From: Candidatus Cloacimonadales bacterium
Lineage (GTDB): Bacteria; Cloacimonadota; Cloacimonadia; Cloacimonadales; JAFGVF01
Assembly (NCBI GenBank): GCA_963678315.1
Contig: OY782781.1
Coordinates: 2,592,001 to 2,656,000, forward strand
Direction of reading: 5' to 3'
DNA length: 64,000 nucleotides
Part shown: piece after piece, positions 20,889 to 31,246 of the stretch
Layout: every line of letters starts with the position of its first letter
How positions within the stretch are numbered: position 1 is the first letter of the stretch
The notes under the pieces: generated by a model
Seen by the model: only the letters and a program-made list of their open reading frames with translations
Database searches by the model: none
What the model was told of the DNA's origin: nothing
Position numbers and translations under genes: made by a program

Positions 20889-22151
20889 CTATTCAGTTTC
20901 TTTCTTCTTTTTCGTTGCAACTTTGCGAATCATTTTATACTGAGGTTTATCAGATTCGCCACGTATATATTCAGCATTAATAGTACATTTTTGCACTCTT
21001 TCTAAATCTGGAATATCATACATGATAGATAACATTCTTTTTTCAAGAATAGCTCTTAAAGACCTTGCACCAGTCTTTTGCTTAATCGCTATTTTAGCAA
21101 TTTCTTCGAGGGCATCTTCAGTGATTTCTAATTCTACACCATCAAGTTTAAGCATTTTAGAGAACTGTCGTACAATTGAGTTCTTAGGTTCAGTTAGAAT
21201 TTTAACTAATGAATCTAGTTCTAACTCTTCTAAGGTGCAATGAACAGGTAATCTACCAATAAGTTCTGGGATTATACCGTATCTCATTAAATCAGAAGAT
21301 ATTAATTTAGATAAAATATCTTTATCATTTGCTGTTACATGAACATCTGATTCGAAGCCAATTGATTTAGTAGAGATTCTTTTTTGGATAATTTTATCAA
21401 GACCAATAAAAGCACCGCCACAAACAAATAGAATGTTTGATGTGTTTACATGGATAAAATCTTGATGTGGGTGTTTACGACCGCCCTTTGGTGGAACATT
21501 AACCATTGAACCTTCGAGAATCTTTAGTAATGCTTGCTGAACACCTTCACCAGAAACATCTCTTGTGATTGATGTAGATTCACTCTTTCTGCCAATCTTA
21601 TCTATTTCATCAATGTAGATAATACCTTTTTCAGCTTTTTCAACATCGAAATCTGCATTTTGAAGTAACTTAGTGATAATATTCTCAACATCTTCACCAA
21701 CATATCCTGCTTCAGTAAGTGTTGTTGCATCAGCTATTGCAAATGGAACCTTAAGCATTTTAGCAAGGGTTTGAGCCATAAGAGTCTTACCTGTACCAGT
21801 AGGACCAATCATTAGTACATTAGACTTTTCAAGTTCAATGTCTTCATCCACTTCATCGCTTCTAAAGATACGTTTATAGTGATTATATACAGCCACAGAA
21901 AGTAGCTTTTTAGCTGAATGTTGACCAATAACATACTGGTCTAAAAAGTCCTTAATCTCACTAGGTGATGGAAGAGTAGGTATATCTTCAGCTTCACCAA
22001 TTGTGATTTCTGTATGTTCATCAAACAAATCAGAACATAATTCATTACAAGAAGAACAAATGTTACCATTCATACCCTTTATAATCATGCCTGCTTCACT
22101 TTCACTTCTACCACAAAATGAACATTTTAATTCATCATTCTTCTTAGGCAT
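20889..22151 (-). CDS. clpX: ATP-dependent Clp protease ATP-binding subunit ClpX
   Basis: CSFC..C..C zinc domain, [30 protein letters not shown] loop. Start placed at ATG 22151, after GAGG. Confidence 0.98.
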   Translation of the reverse strand: MPKKNDELKCSFCGRSESEAGMIIKGMNGNICSSCNELCSDLFDEHTEITIGEAEDIPTLPSPSEIKDFLDQYVIGQHSAKKLLSVAVYNHYKRIFRSDEVDEDIELEKSNVLMIGPTGTGKTLMAQTLAKMLKVPFAIADATTLTEAGYVGEDVENIITKLLQNADFDVEKAEKGIIYIDEIDKIGRKSESTSITRDVSGEGVQQALLKILEGSMVNVPPKGGRKHPHQDFIHVNTSNILFVCGGAFIGLDKIIQKRISTKSIGFESDVHVTANDKDILSKLISSDLMRYGIIPELIGRLPVHCTLEELELDSLVKILTEPKNSIVRQFSKMLKLDGVELEITEDALEEIAKIAIKQKTGARSLRAILEKRMLSIMYDIPDLERVQKCTINAEYIRGESDKPQYKMIRKVATKKKKETE

Positions 22152-22155
22152 TATA

Positions 22156-22740
22156 TTAACCTCTATTTTCAATAACTTGGTCGATTAAACCATAATTCTT
22201 AGCTTGTTCAGCAGTCATAAAGTAATTTCTATCAGTATCAACTTCTATTTGTTGAAGTGTTTGTCCTGTATGTTTTTGCATGATATTATTCAAGTGCTTT
22301 TTCAAGAAAAGAATCTCTTTAGCAGCAATCTCAATATCAGAAGCTTGACCTTGTGCTCCTCCAAGAGGTTGATGAATCATGATTCTACTATTAGGTAAAG
22401 AATAGCGTTTACCCTTTGTGCCTGCAGTTAGAAGCAAAGCTCCCATACTAGCAGCTTGACCTATGCATGTTGTGGAAACATCAGGCTTGATAAATTGGAT
22501 TGTATCGTAAATAGCCATACCTGCGGTAATAACACCACCTGGACTATTTATATATATGTTAATATCTTTTGTTGGATCTTCAGCTTCAAGATGAAGGAGT
22601 TGAGCAACAACTAGGTTGGCAACATGGTCATCAATTGGACCACCAATAAAAATAATTCTATCTTTTAACAGTCTGGAATATATATCATAAGCTCTTTCAC
22701 TTCTTCCTACTTGTTCTACAACCATTGGTACGTAAGGCAT
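22156..22740 (-). CDS. clpP: ClpP protease subunit
   Basis: [36 protein letters not shown]. Confidence 0.98.
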   Translation of the reverse strand: MPYVPMVVEQVGRSERAYDIYSRLLKDRIIFIGGPIDDHVANLVVAQLLHLEAEDPTKDINIYINSPGGVITAGMAIYDTIQFIKPDVSTTCIGQAASMGALLLTAGTKGKRYSLPNSRIMIHQPLGGAQGQASDIEIAAKEILFLKKHLNNIMQKHTGQTLQQIEVDTDRNYFMTAEQAKNYGLIDQVIENRG

Positions 22741-22843
22741 GAATACTCCTTTTCAATTATGTTCAGTAATGCAAGAAATGAGAAAGTCTGCATGACAATC
22801 TCATTTCAAATATTATAGTTTATATTATTGGGAAAGCTAAATC

Positions 22844-24154
22844 TTATTCTTGTTCTGCTTTCTCAGTCTCTTTCTTTTCTGCTTCTAATTTTGCTTCTTG
22901 CTCTTTTGCAAATTCTTGAGGGTCTACAATTTGAACTTTATCATGAAGATTTAATAACATCTTTTCAACTTTCAATGAATTCTCAAGATACTTTTCGTCA
23001 ATGTCTTCTTTGTGCTCTTCTTTAAATTCATCAGCTGTCATTGATTCTACTTCAGCTAATTGAGCAATATAAGCTTCAACTTCCTCTTCAGTAACTTCTG
23101 TTGGGAACATCTCTTTAAGTTTTTCAACTAAATAGATTTCTTTAATTTGAGGAGTTACCATTTGAGAAAGAATTTGAATCATTTGTTCATTAGGTTCTTG
23201 ACCTTGAGAATACATTTTAGCTTGTCTGTAAGCTTCATTAGCAACAATTACGTTAGGAACTTCGAAATCGTTTTCTCTAACAAGTGCAGTAATGATAGCT
23301 TTATTTAAAGCTTCTTTATTCTTATGTTCAGTTTTTGAAGCAAGTTCTTTAGCTAATTCTTCTTTCATAGCTGCAAGAGTTTCATAGTCACATTCTTTAG
23401 CAAAATCATCATTAAGTTCAGGAAGTGATTTTCTTTGAACTGAGTTAACCATTGCTGTAACTTTAACAGTGTCTTCTTGACCATTGTAGTTTTCTAATTT
23501 GAAAGCAGCTACAGAAGTTTCAAATGTTTCACCAATCTTCTTATCAATAGAATCTTTGCTTAAATCATCTGGTTGGTGAGCTTCATAAACAACTGAATTA
23601 ATTGTTTCTTTAAACACTTCTTCACCATCTTCAGTTGCCACAGTATAACTTACTTCATACTCAACACTATCATTGTATTGAACAGCTTCATCAACTTCAT
23701 TCATTTGAGAGTTTTGTTCACGTAAGTTATCAATATATTTAGCAACTTCATCTTCAATTGTTTCTGCTTTGAAAGGAGCTTTTACACCATCAATGTTCTT
23801 GATTTCTATTTCTGGTTGCACTTCAAATTTAAAAACAGCTACAAAATCTTCGCCTTTTTCCCATTTTATGTCTTGTGGGTAAAATTCGCTTAAAGATTTA
23901 ATGTCGTTTTCTTCTATTGCTAATTTTAAATATTTATCTAAATTATCACGGAATAATTCATCTTTAATATGTTCGCCGTAATGTCTTTCGACTGCTGATA
24001 TTGGTGCTTTACCTTTTCTGAAACCAGCAATAGGAGGAGCAAGTCTACTTACTTTTTTAAGAGCTTTATTATAGTCTTTATTTACAATCTTTGCTTCAAC
24101 TGTAAGGGTGAGTTCTCTTATGACTTGACTTATTTCTTTAATTTCAACCTTCAC
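22844..24154 (-). CDS. tig: Trigger factor
   Basis: GFRKGKAP ribosome-binding signature; tig-clpP-clpX synteny; GTG start after AAGGAG. Confidence 0.95.
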   Translation of the reverse strand: MKVEIKEISQVIRELTLTVEAKIVNKDYNKALKKVSRLAPPIAGFRKGKAPISAVERHYGEHIKDELFRDNLDKYLKLAIEENDIKSLSEFYPQDIKWEKGEDFVAVFKFEVQPEIEIKNIDGVKAPFKAETIEDEVAKYIDNLREQNSQMNEVDEAVQYNDSVEYEVSYTVATEDGEEVFKETINSVVYEAHQPDDLSKDSIDKKIGETFETSVAAFKLENYNGQEDTVKVTAMVNSVQRKSLPELNDDFAKECDYETLAAMKEELAKELASKTEHKNKEALNKAIITALVRENDFEVPNVIVANEAYRQAKMYSQGQEPNEQMIQILSQMVTPQIKEIYLVEKLKEMFPTEVTEEEVEAYIAQLAEVESMTADEFKEEHKEDIDEKYLENSLKVEKMLLNLHDKVQIVDPQEFAKEQEAKLEAEKKETEKAEQE

Positions 24155-24221
24155 AATCTACTCCTTTATTATCTTAAATTATAATTGTTATTCTAAATTA
24201 ACTAGTTTCTATAAATAGAAA

Positions 24222-24308
24222 TGGTGCGAAAGAGGGGACTTGAACCCCTACTGGTTTAACCCAACTGGATTCTAAGTCCAGCGCGTCTGCCAATTCCGCC
24301 ACTTTCGC
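24222..24308 (-). tRNA. tRNA-Leu (anticodon TAG)
   Basis: GCGAAAG acceptor stem, GGCGGAATTGGCAGACGC D-arm, CTGGA-CTTAGAA-TCCAG anticodon arm, long variable arm, GGTTCAAGTCC T-arm, encoded CCA. Confidence 0.97.
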
Positions 24309-24318
24309 ACGTTTGGTC

Positions 24319-24346
24319 ACTTTATAAACGTCTGATTATATGTCAA
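24319..24346 (-). promoter_or_regulatory. sigma70-type promoter for tRNA-Leu/tig
   Basis: TTGACA-16 nt-TAAAGT, about 10 nt upstream of the tRNA. Confidence 0.6.
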
Positions 24347-24481
24347 GAATAAATTAACTTTTTAAAGAACTTTTTATATTTAGAACTAATCTATAAGTTA
24401 AGTAAAATACTAAAAAATAGAATCATAGATTTTAATTATGTCTATGCCTTTTTTATTTAATAAAAACTAATTTTAATTTAC

Positions 24482-25063
24482 TTAATAGTTCTCAGGAAAC
24501 AAATCTCGCTCTACAGATTCAATAATAATGTGCAGAATCATCATGTGCATTTCCTGAATTCTATCAGAAGTCTTGCCCGGAATTATGATTTCATAGTTGC
24601 ACATATTCTTCAGTTCTCCCCCATCCTTTCCTAATAGTGAGAAAGTAGAACAACCTAATTCCTTAGCTTTCTCTAAAGCTTTAATAACATTTGTAGAATT
24701 ACCACTTGTTGATAATCCAACAACCATATCTCCAGCCTTAGCATAAGCCTCTACTCCACGAGAAAAGACATCTTCAAAACCATAATCATTGCCTACACAA
24801 GTAATATGTGAAGGATCAGATAAAGCAATAGCCGGTAATGCTTTTCTATCTTTTCTAAATCTACCTGTAAACTCTTCAGCAAAATGCATAGCATCAGTAG
24901 CCGAACCACCATTACCACAAATAATTACTTTACCACCACTTCTAAAAACATCAGCCATGTGCTTTGCAATAACAGCTGTCTTTAAAAAGTTGCTTTCATC
25001 TTCTACAAATGATGTTAAGATGTTCAGACTTGTAAGATAAGATTCTTTAATACTTTTTAACAT
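24482..25063 (-). CDS. gmhA: D-sedoheptulose-7-phosphate isomerase
   Basis: CGNGGSATDAMHFAEE, NDYGF..VFSR, STSGNS, DRIQEMH. Confidence 0.96.
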   Translation of the reverse strand: MLKSIKESYLTSLNILTSFVEDESNFLKTAVIAKHMADVFRSGGKVIICGNGGSATDAMHFAEEFTGRFRKDRKALPAIALSDPSHITCVGNDYGFEDVFSRGVEAYAKAGDMVVGLSTSGNSTNVIKALEKAKELGCSTFSLLGKDGGELKNMCNYEIIIPGKTSDRIQEMHMMILHIIIESVERDLFPENY

Positions 25064-25067
25064 AAGA

Positions 25068-25349
25068 CTAATCCTCGTATAAGCTCTCTTCTTCCATTTT
25101 ATCTCTGCTAATCAATTGGTAATACTCCATTGCAGACTTCTTAGAAACATTACCTGAAGGTATCTTTTCAACTTTCACAACAGTTTTATACCCGTTTAAA
25201 CTAACAGATATCTCATCATTCTCTTTAACTTTTGAGCTAGCTTTAGCAGGTTGATTATTTATCAAAATCAAGTGCTTATGACAAGCTTTATTCGCTATAT
25301 TTCTGGTCTTTATTATACATATTTTATTTAAGTATTGATCTATTCTCAT
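25068..25349 (-). CDS. S4 RNA-binding domain protein (Hsp15/RqcP-like)
   Basis: MRIDQYL...IIKTRNIA..AC...INNQPAKAS..VK.ND. Confidence 0.85.
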   Translation of the reverse strand: MRIDQYLNKICIIKTRNIANKACHKHLILINNQPAKASSKVKENDEISVSLNGYKTVVKVEKIPSGNVSKKSAMEYYQLISRDKMEEESLYED

Positions 25350-26011
25350 AATATTTCCTTTAAGTAAGATAGTAAATCGCTTGGTCTAGAAAATGTTTCT
25401 TTAGCACCAGCATCAATTAATTCTTCTTTACTTCTAAAGCCCCATTCAGCCCCTAAAGGGTAGAAACCACAGTTTTTGGCTGTTTGCATATCAGTATTGG
25501 TATCTCCTAGATAAAGAACCTCATCTGCATCCACATCAAGAGACTTCAGTATTATCTGACCCCCAACAGGTTCAGGTTTTGCAGGGACTCCCTCTTTAGG
25601 TCCAAGTACTTCTGAAAAACTATATTCTGCAAAATAATGTTCTACTGTAGCCTTTACCAGATAGTCTGGTTTATTTGAAAAAACTGCCATTTTAAGTTTT
25701 TTAGAACTCGCGTAATCAAGAAGTTCAATGATACCATCATAAGGCTTTGTATCAACCATACAGTTTTGGGAATAATCATCCCCCATTTGCTTCAATATAT
25801 ATGAAATATATTCTTCATTCCTTCTGTCTTCTGCTATGGCTTTCCTGCAGAGTTCTCTCATACCTAAACCAACAAAGAAGTTATATTCATAAACAGTATG
25901 AGTAGGTAATTGATTCTTACTTAATACCCTATTCATTGCATTAGCAATATCTTCAATAGTGTTAAGAAGTGTTCCATCCAAATCAAACACTAAAGCTTTG
26001 AATTTCGACAT
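25346..26011 (-). CDS. HAD family hydrolase (phosphoglycolate phosphatase-like)
   Basis: FDLDGTL, SNK, KPEP, GDTNTD. Confidence 0.92.
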   Translation of the reverse strand: MSKFKALVFDLDGTLLNTIEDIANAMNRVLSKNQLPTHTVYEYNFFVGLGMRELCRKAIAEDRRNEEYISYILKQMGDDYSQNCMVDTKPYDGIIELLDYASSKKLKMAVFSNKPDYLVKATVEHYFAEYSFSEVLGPKEGVPAKPEPVGGQIILKSLDVDADEVLYLGDTNTDMQTAKNCGFYPLGAEWGFRSKEELIDAGAKETFSRPSDLLSYLKEIL

Positions 26012-26088
26012 AATTCCTCTTATTAATTCTTTTTTCTCTAAATGTAATCATCTAGCTTATGCGTCAAGTTTAATCAAACAGATTTATC

Positions 26089-26367
26089 TTACTTCTTCTT
26101 TCTGATTAAAGACAATCCACCAAAACCAGCAATAATTGCAGCATAGAATCCTAAATCATATAAGAAACCTGAATTATTAGCTTGATAGATTCTAACATTA
26201 GGATTAAAAATCTCTATAATAAGAGCTAGAGGAGCTATCCAGCCGTGCCAAATACCTCTTAACAAACCTGCAGGAGTATCTTGTAAGCCTGGTCTTTTCG
26301 CAAAACATCCACTCAATACAATAGTCACAAGTAGAATAACAACAATGTAAATATACTTCTTTTTCAT
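26089..26367 (-). CDS. Small membrane lipoprotein, hypothetical
   Basis: MKKK, hydrophobic stretch and LSGC lipobox; GIWHGWIAP..IY...NSG..YDLGF pattern. Start moved to ATG 26367. Confidence 0.7.
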   Translation of the reverse strand: MKKKYIYIVVILLVTIVLSGCFAKRPGLQDTPAGLLRGIWHGWIAPLALIIEIFNPNVRIYQANNSGFLYDLGFYAAIIAGFGGLSLIRKKK

Positions 26368-26381
26368 AATTTCTCTAAACA

Positions 26382-26410
26382 AAAGGGGCTGTAATAAATA
26401 CAACCCCTTT
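26382..26410 (-). terminator. Terminator after iorB
   Basis: Minus strand AAAGGGGTTGTA-TTTAT-TACAGCCCCTTT, then T-rich sequence. Confidence 0.65.
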
Positions 26411-26440
26411 CAAACTCCTTAAGTTATATTTCAATTAAGT

Positions 26441-27022
26441 TCAATTATTATAGATTGAATCAAATAAGTCAATATTCTTATCTAGAAGTGAGCCAGAAAG
26501 CAAATCTTTTATAGAATCAAGGTAGTTGTCCTTTGAGATACCAGGAATCAAATTATGTTTTGCTAAATAAGCCAAAATTACAACATTCTGCATCTTAGAA
26601 TTCTCTAAATCTTCTCTAAAAACTCTATGATAACTCACTCTTCTACGGTCTGCCTCTTTCTCTATAATGCTTGAATCTAGTTCTTTATCCTTTCTTAATC
26701 TGACACCTAGAGGTTGCCACATTGCATCATAATAAACCAAAGTGCCATTGTCTTTTAAGTGAGAATTCATGCCCCGTAAGGCTTCATGTCTTTCTAAAGC
26801 AATAACAATATCGGCTGTGCCTTCTGGAATTAAAGGAGAGAATACATTATCTCCTAGCCTAAGTTGTGAAGTAACTGTACCTCCACGTTGAGCCAATCCA
26901 TGTGTATCAACGCCTTTAGCTGGTATTTTAGCATAATGAGCAGCTCTAATCAAAGCTTCAGATAACAAACCAATTCCTTGACCACCCACACCAATCATAA
27001 ATATATTATATTGTTCTTGCAT
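26441..27022 (-). CDS. iorB: Indolepyruvate:ferredoxin oxidoreductase beta subunit
   Basis: GVGGQG, HGLAQRGGTV, SPLIPEG.AD, LERHEALR. Confidence 0.9.
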   Translation of the reverse strand: MQEQYNIFMIGVGGQGIGLLSEALIRAAHYAKIPAKGVDTHGLAQRGGTVTSQLRLGDNVFSPLIPEGTADIVIALERHEALRGMNSHLKDNGTLVYYDAMWQPLGVRLRKDKELDSSIIEKEADRRRVSYHRVFREDLENSKMQNVVILAYLAKHNLIPGISKDNYLDSIKDLLSGSLLDKNIDLFDSIYNN

Positions 27023-27024
27023 GA

Positions 27025-28902
27025 TTATTTACTCTCCTTTTTGGATTCTATTGCCTGAGATGGGCAAGTTTGCTTACATGATCCATCACCGATACAAAGG
27101 TCTTCTTGAACCCATACAGAGCCGTCTTCATTTATTTGATATGCTGGACAAGCAAACTCTGAGATACACTCATATTGCATATTGCACTTTTCTGTAACAT
27201 TCATCGGAGCTGGTGATTTAAGTCCTTTCTTTCCCAGTTCACGAGTAAATTTAAGCATACATGGATGCTTAGCTATTACTACACTAAAGCCATCTTCTGC
27301 TAATGCTTCTTTAACTGCTTGAGTAAGTTTTGCTTGTTGGTAAGTGTCAACTGATCTTATTGAAGTCACTCCTAATCCTTTAAGCACATTTATTACTGGA
27401 ATCTTTTCAGAAACTTCATTAAAGTTCTTACCTACTGCAGGATGGTCTTGATGACCTGTCATTGCAGTTGTTCCATTTTCCATAATGATTAAAGTATGGT
27501 TATGATTATTAAATATTGCATTGACTATTCCAGGTAAACCTGCATGGAAGAAAGTAGAATCCCCTAAGAAAGAAACAACTTTTCTAGAATCATTAAATAG
27601 GGATAAACCGGCCGCTGTTCCATTAGAGTGTCCCATACAAAGAAGAACTTCTCCTACCTTGTAAGGAGGTAAGAAACCAAGTGAGTGACATCCAATATCG
27701 CCAACAGTTATATCATCATCTTTTAACGCTTTCTTTATAGCATAGAAGGCTGATCTATGACCACAACCAGGACACAATTGTGCTGGTCTTGGACTTAATT
27801 TTGGCTTTTTATCATCAACTTCACGCTTTATTGGGAATAAATCATCATACTCTTTACGCAAGACATCTTCTACTTTATCAGGAGTATATTCATTTTCCCA
27901 ATCTAGTAAATCGCCTTTCCCATCTATTTTAACATCAATCTTATGTTCAAAAGCAAGCATCTTTATATCTCGTTCAACAATATCATCAAGTTCTTCTAGG
28001 ATTTTCACATGCTTGTGTGTCTTCAAGAATTCAATTATTTTCTTTTCAGGAAGAGGATAAACAGTGCCAAGTTTCAAAATATCTGGTTTTATTTTCATTT
28101 TTTGAATAACATCAAGTAAAGAATAATAAGGCAAGCCCATTGTAATTATACCAAAATCGCTATTATTGTGAGAATTTACATAATTGAACTTGGATTTATC
28201 TGCATAGTCAACAAATTCTCTTAATTTCCTCAAGGCTTTCCTTTTAAGAGGGAATACTTCACTTGTAATAGGAACATAAGGTCCATTTTCAGCAGAAAAC
28301 TTCGGAGTCTTATCAAACTTTTCAGGAATCCACTCATCAAATTCAATTTCTTCCTTGTAATGACAAACATGAGTTGTTAGTCTCAGAATAACTGGCATCT
28401 TCTTTTCTATTGATACTTTACATGCCTCTTTAAACATTTGGTATGCATCAGTTGGGGTTGAAGGCTCAAAAACTGGTATATAAGACATCTTAGCAAAATG
28501 CCTATTATCTTGTTCATTTTGTGAAGAGTTTGCCCCAGGATCATCACCTAATACAATAACCATTCCTCCAATAAGTTCCATCAAACCTAACTGAACAAAG
28601 GAATCAGCTGCAACATTTAATCCAACACTTTTGAAGAATACACAAGACAAGTGGCCATTCACAGAAGCACCGAATGCTACCTCGGTTGCTACTTTTTCAT
28701 TTACTGAAAATTCAAAATAGAAAGGTCTCTTTTCTCTAGGAATTTGTGCAATTGCTGTAGCAATCTCAGGAGTTGGAGATCCAGGATATGATGTTACCAC
28801 CCTTACATTAGATTCTATCATTGCTCTTACTAAGCCCCAATTACCCATCATTATTTCACTTGTGGGTTGCTCAGAAAGAAGTACATCTGCTAATTTCTTC
28901 AT
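27025..28902 (-). CDS. iorA: Indolepyruvate:ferredoxin oxidoreductase alpha subunit
   Basis: YPGSPTPE, SVNEKVA, SSQNEQD, CPGCGHR, GDIGCH, GDSTFFH (TPP), C-terminal ferredoxin cysteines. Start at ATG 28902, after AAGGAG. Confidence 0.93.
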   Translation of the reverse strand: MKKLADVLLSEQPTSEIMMGNWGLVRAMIESNVRVVTSYPGSPTPEIATAIAQIPREKRPFYFEFSVNEKVATEVAFGASVNGHLSCVFFKSVGLNVAADSFVQLGLMELIGGMVIVLGDDPGANSSQNEQDNRHFAKMSYIPVFEPSTPTDAYQMFKEACKVSIEKKMPVILRLTTHVCHYKEEIEFDEWIPEKFDKTPKFSAENGPYVPITSEVFPLKRKALRKLREFVDYADKSKFNYVNSHNNSDFGIITMGLPYYSLLDVIQKMKIKPDILKLGTVYPLPEKKIIEFLKTHKHVKILEELDDIVERDIKMLAFEHKIDVKIDGKGDLLDWENEYTPDKVEDVLRKEYDDLFPIKREVDDKKPKLSPRPAQLCPGCGHRSAFYAIKKALKDDDITVGDIGCHSLGFLPPYKVGEVLLCMGHSNGTAAGLSLFNDSRKVVSFLGDSTFFHAGLPGIVNAIFNNHNHTLIIMENGTTAMTGHQDHPAVGKNFNEVSEKIPVINVLKGLGVTSIRSVDTYQQAKLTQAVKEALAEDGFSVVIAKHPCMLKFTRELGKKGLKSPAPMNVTEKCNMQYECISEFACPAYQINEDGSVWVQEDLCIGDGSCKQTCPSQAIESKKESK

Positions 28903-29181
28903 TAAATACTCCTTTGTATAAATTTTAGACATCACCTAGTTTTACTAATTTTGTGACGCTAATCTGTTCTTTTATCATATTCTAATTAATATATTCACAA
29001 TAGCAAGAAAAAATAGTAAAGATACTCCCAAAAGCCTGTTAAACACAGATAATGTATTAGCCTTGACGAAAATACTGCTATTTTTCACTTGATTGTGCTT
29101 TTTTTTAGGATATAAGCATCATAAATATTATACTAGTGTTTCAATAAAAACTCTCTTTGAGAAAAATGTAAACAATAATTC

Positions 29182-29209
29182 TTGACAAATATCAAAATCA
29201 CCCTAACAT
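29182..29209 (+). promoter_or_regulatory. sigma70-type promoter
   Basis: TTGACA-16 nt-TAACAT upstream of the CDS at 29258. Confidence 0.5.
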
Positions 29210-29257
29210 TATCTATGATATGTGTTTTGCAAACATCATCAATCATAAAGGAGTGTT

Positions 29258-29992
29258 ATGAAGAAAGTATTGTTTATGTATTGTTTTGTACTTTTCTTTT
29301 CTATGCTAATAGGTCAAGAGTTAACAAGACAAGAGATTGTTGACATAGAGAGAGAGTTTGAAGAAAAGTTTAAAAATGAATTTAATTTTGAAGGAGAGGT
29401 AAAGTATTCTTATAAAGCTAAAAGGTTGTTCTTTCTTAAAGGCAATTTTAAAAATATTATACCTCCCCAAAAGGGTAACAAGGAAGATATTAAACAAATT
29501 TCTGAACAAATATATAACTTACTAGGAGATTACATTGTTATTGACATTAAAGATCTTGTTATTACTAATATAGTTTGTGGAGATGTATTATCTAGAATAA
29601 CTTATCAACATAAAATAAATGGTTATAATGTTAAAGACAATAAATTTATTGTTTCATACCTATACGGTTTAAATAAGCTTAGGGTTGCTAATCATCTAGT
29701 AATGGTGGACATTGAGTCTACAGTCCCTAAACTTACTCAAGCTGATGTTTTAGAGATGTATTGGGAGAACACACCTGAAAGAAAACCTCCTCTAGATAAA
29801 TCTAAACGTACTTATGAAGATAGCTTCAACACAATGATACCCCCAGGTTGGTATATTGATATCAGGAGAGTTGAAGTTAATGGAAAGAAGGAATATAGGC
29901 TAATTTATAATGGTGGGAGTAAGTATACTTTCCAAGTTGATGCTATTACAGGGGAAATATATAATAATTATCTATCTATAGTATATGACTAA
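29258..29992 (+). CDS. Secreted hypothetical protein with FTP/PepSY propeptide-like features
   Basis: Signal peptide; ITYQHKINGYNV (FTP-like) and FQVDAITGEI (PepSY-like); no HExxH. Confidence 0.65.
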   Translation: MKKVLFMYCFVLFFSMLIGQELTRQEIVDIEREFEEKFKNEFNFEGEVKYSYKAKRLFFLKGNFKNIIPPQKGNKEDIKQISEQIYNLLGDYIVIDIKDLVITNIVCGDVLSRITYQHKINGYNVKDNKFIVSYLYGLNKLRVANHLVMVDIESTVPKLTQADVLEMYWENTPERKPPLDKSKRTYEDSFNTMIPPGWYIDIRRVEVNGKKEYRLIYNGGSKYTFQVDAITGEIYNNYLSIVYD

Positions 29993-30103
29993 AAAATCTA
30001 GTGTGTGTTAATTAGCTTAATACTATGAACTTCAAGATATTATAAATCATCAATCATAAAGGAGTTGTTATGAATAGGATAATTCTACATTTAGAAACAA
30101 TGA

Positions 30104-30131
30104 TTGACATTTAATATAAAACTGATATAAT
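30104..30131 (+). promoter_or_regulatory. Consensus sigma70 promoter
   Basis: TTGACA-16 nt-TATAAT with TGn extended -10; AGGAGG SD downstream. Confidence 0.75.
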
Positions 30132-30161
30132 ATCTTTAAAATAAAATAGCTAGGAGGATTT

Positions 30162-31130
30162 ATGCATCATGAAGTAAGACCTGTTATTATGGTTAGTAAA
30201 TGTATTGAGTTTGAAGCATGTAGATTTAATGGAGGAAGTGTCTCTTCACCTGTCGTTAGGGATTTAAAGAAATATGTTGATTTCATACCTGTTTGTCCTG
30301 AAGTTGAGATAGGTTTACCTATTCCAAGAGAAGCAGTTAAACTTCTTATTAAAGATAATAAGATACTTCTTGTAAATTCCTTATCTGGCCAAGACTATAC
30401 AAATCTAATGGATAAATATTCCATTGAGACTTTAGCTAAATACTCTGCTATTGATGGTTTTATTCTAAAAAGCAGGTCTCCATCCTGTGGGATAAACAAT
30501 GTAAAATTGTACAATAAAATAGGGAAATACTCTGCAATCAACACCAAACAAGTGGGGGTCTTTGCCAAGCATGTTAAAGAAAGATATCCAGAATCAGCTA
30601 TTGAAGATGAAGGTAGACTTACTAATATTCATATTAGAGAACACTTCCTTACGAAGATTTTTACCTTAGCAAGATTTAGAGCCTTGTCCAGAAATATGAA
30701 AAGTCTAGTTAAATTCCATGCTGAACATAAATACTTATTCATGGGCTATAACCAATCTAAGTTAAAGTTAGCTGGACAAGTTGTAGCTAACCACTCAAAG
30801 AAAGAAGTTGAACAAGTATTTCTAGATTATCAGAATGTTTTATCTCAAATTCTTGCTAAAAAGCCTACAATATCAACAAATATAAATGTTCTACTACATA
30901 TTTTTGGCTATTTTTCCAAGAAGCTTACAGCAACAGAAAAAGTCCTTTTCTTAGAACAATTAGAACTTTATAGGGAAAAGAGAATTCCACTGATTGTAGT
31001 TACTACTATCCTTAAATCATGGGTCGTAAGATTTGAAGAGAAATATCTTGAAAACCAATATTATTTTGATGCTTTCCCAAGTGATTTAATGTATATTACT
31101 GATTCTGGTAAAGGTAGGATTGTTAAATAA
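30162..31130 (+). CDS. DUF523 (2-thiouracil desulfurase-like) + DUF1722 (YbgA) protein
   Basis: VSKC...CRFNG, PVCPEVEIGLPIPRE, ILKSRSPSCG, EDEGRL, FHAEHKY, NVLLHIFGYF. Confidence 0.92.
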   Translation: MHHEVRPVIMVSKCIEFEACRFNGGSVSSPVVRDLKKYVDFIPVCPEVEIGLPIPREAVKLLIKDNKILLVNSLSGQDYTNLMDKYSIETLAKYSAIDGFILKSRSPSCGINNVKLYNKIGKYSAINTKQVGVFAKHVKERYPESAIEDEGRLTNIHIREHFLTKIFTLARFRALSRNMKSLVKFHAEHKYLFMGYNQSKLKLAGQVVANHSKKEVEQVFLDYQNVLSQILAKKPTISTNINVLLHIFGYFSKKLTATEKVLFLEQLELYREKRIPLIVVTTILKSWVVRFEEKYLENQYYFDAFPSDLMYITDSGKGRIVK

Positions 31131-31246
31131 GATTTAGTTGAACAATTTGAATCTATTTTAGCCCAGAAAATGACAAAAGATAAATTTCTTAGTTTATCCT
31201 TAAGGATTCCCTGCATTAAATAGTCTTTTAATGCAGGAGACCTTTG

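Noticed and set aside
24222..24308. Prophage or island integration at tRNA-Leu
   Set aside because: No integrase and no duplicated tRNA 3' end; the normal tRNA-Leu-tig-clpPX context is intact.
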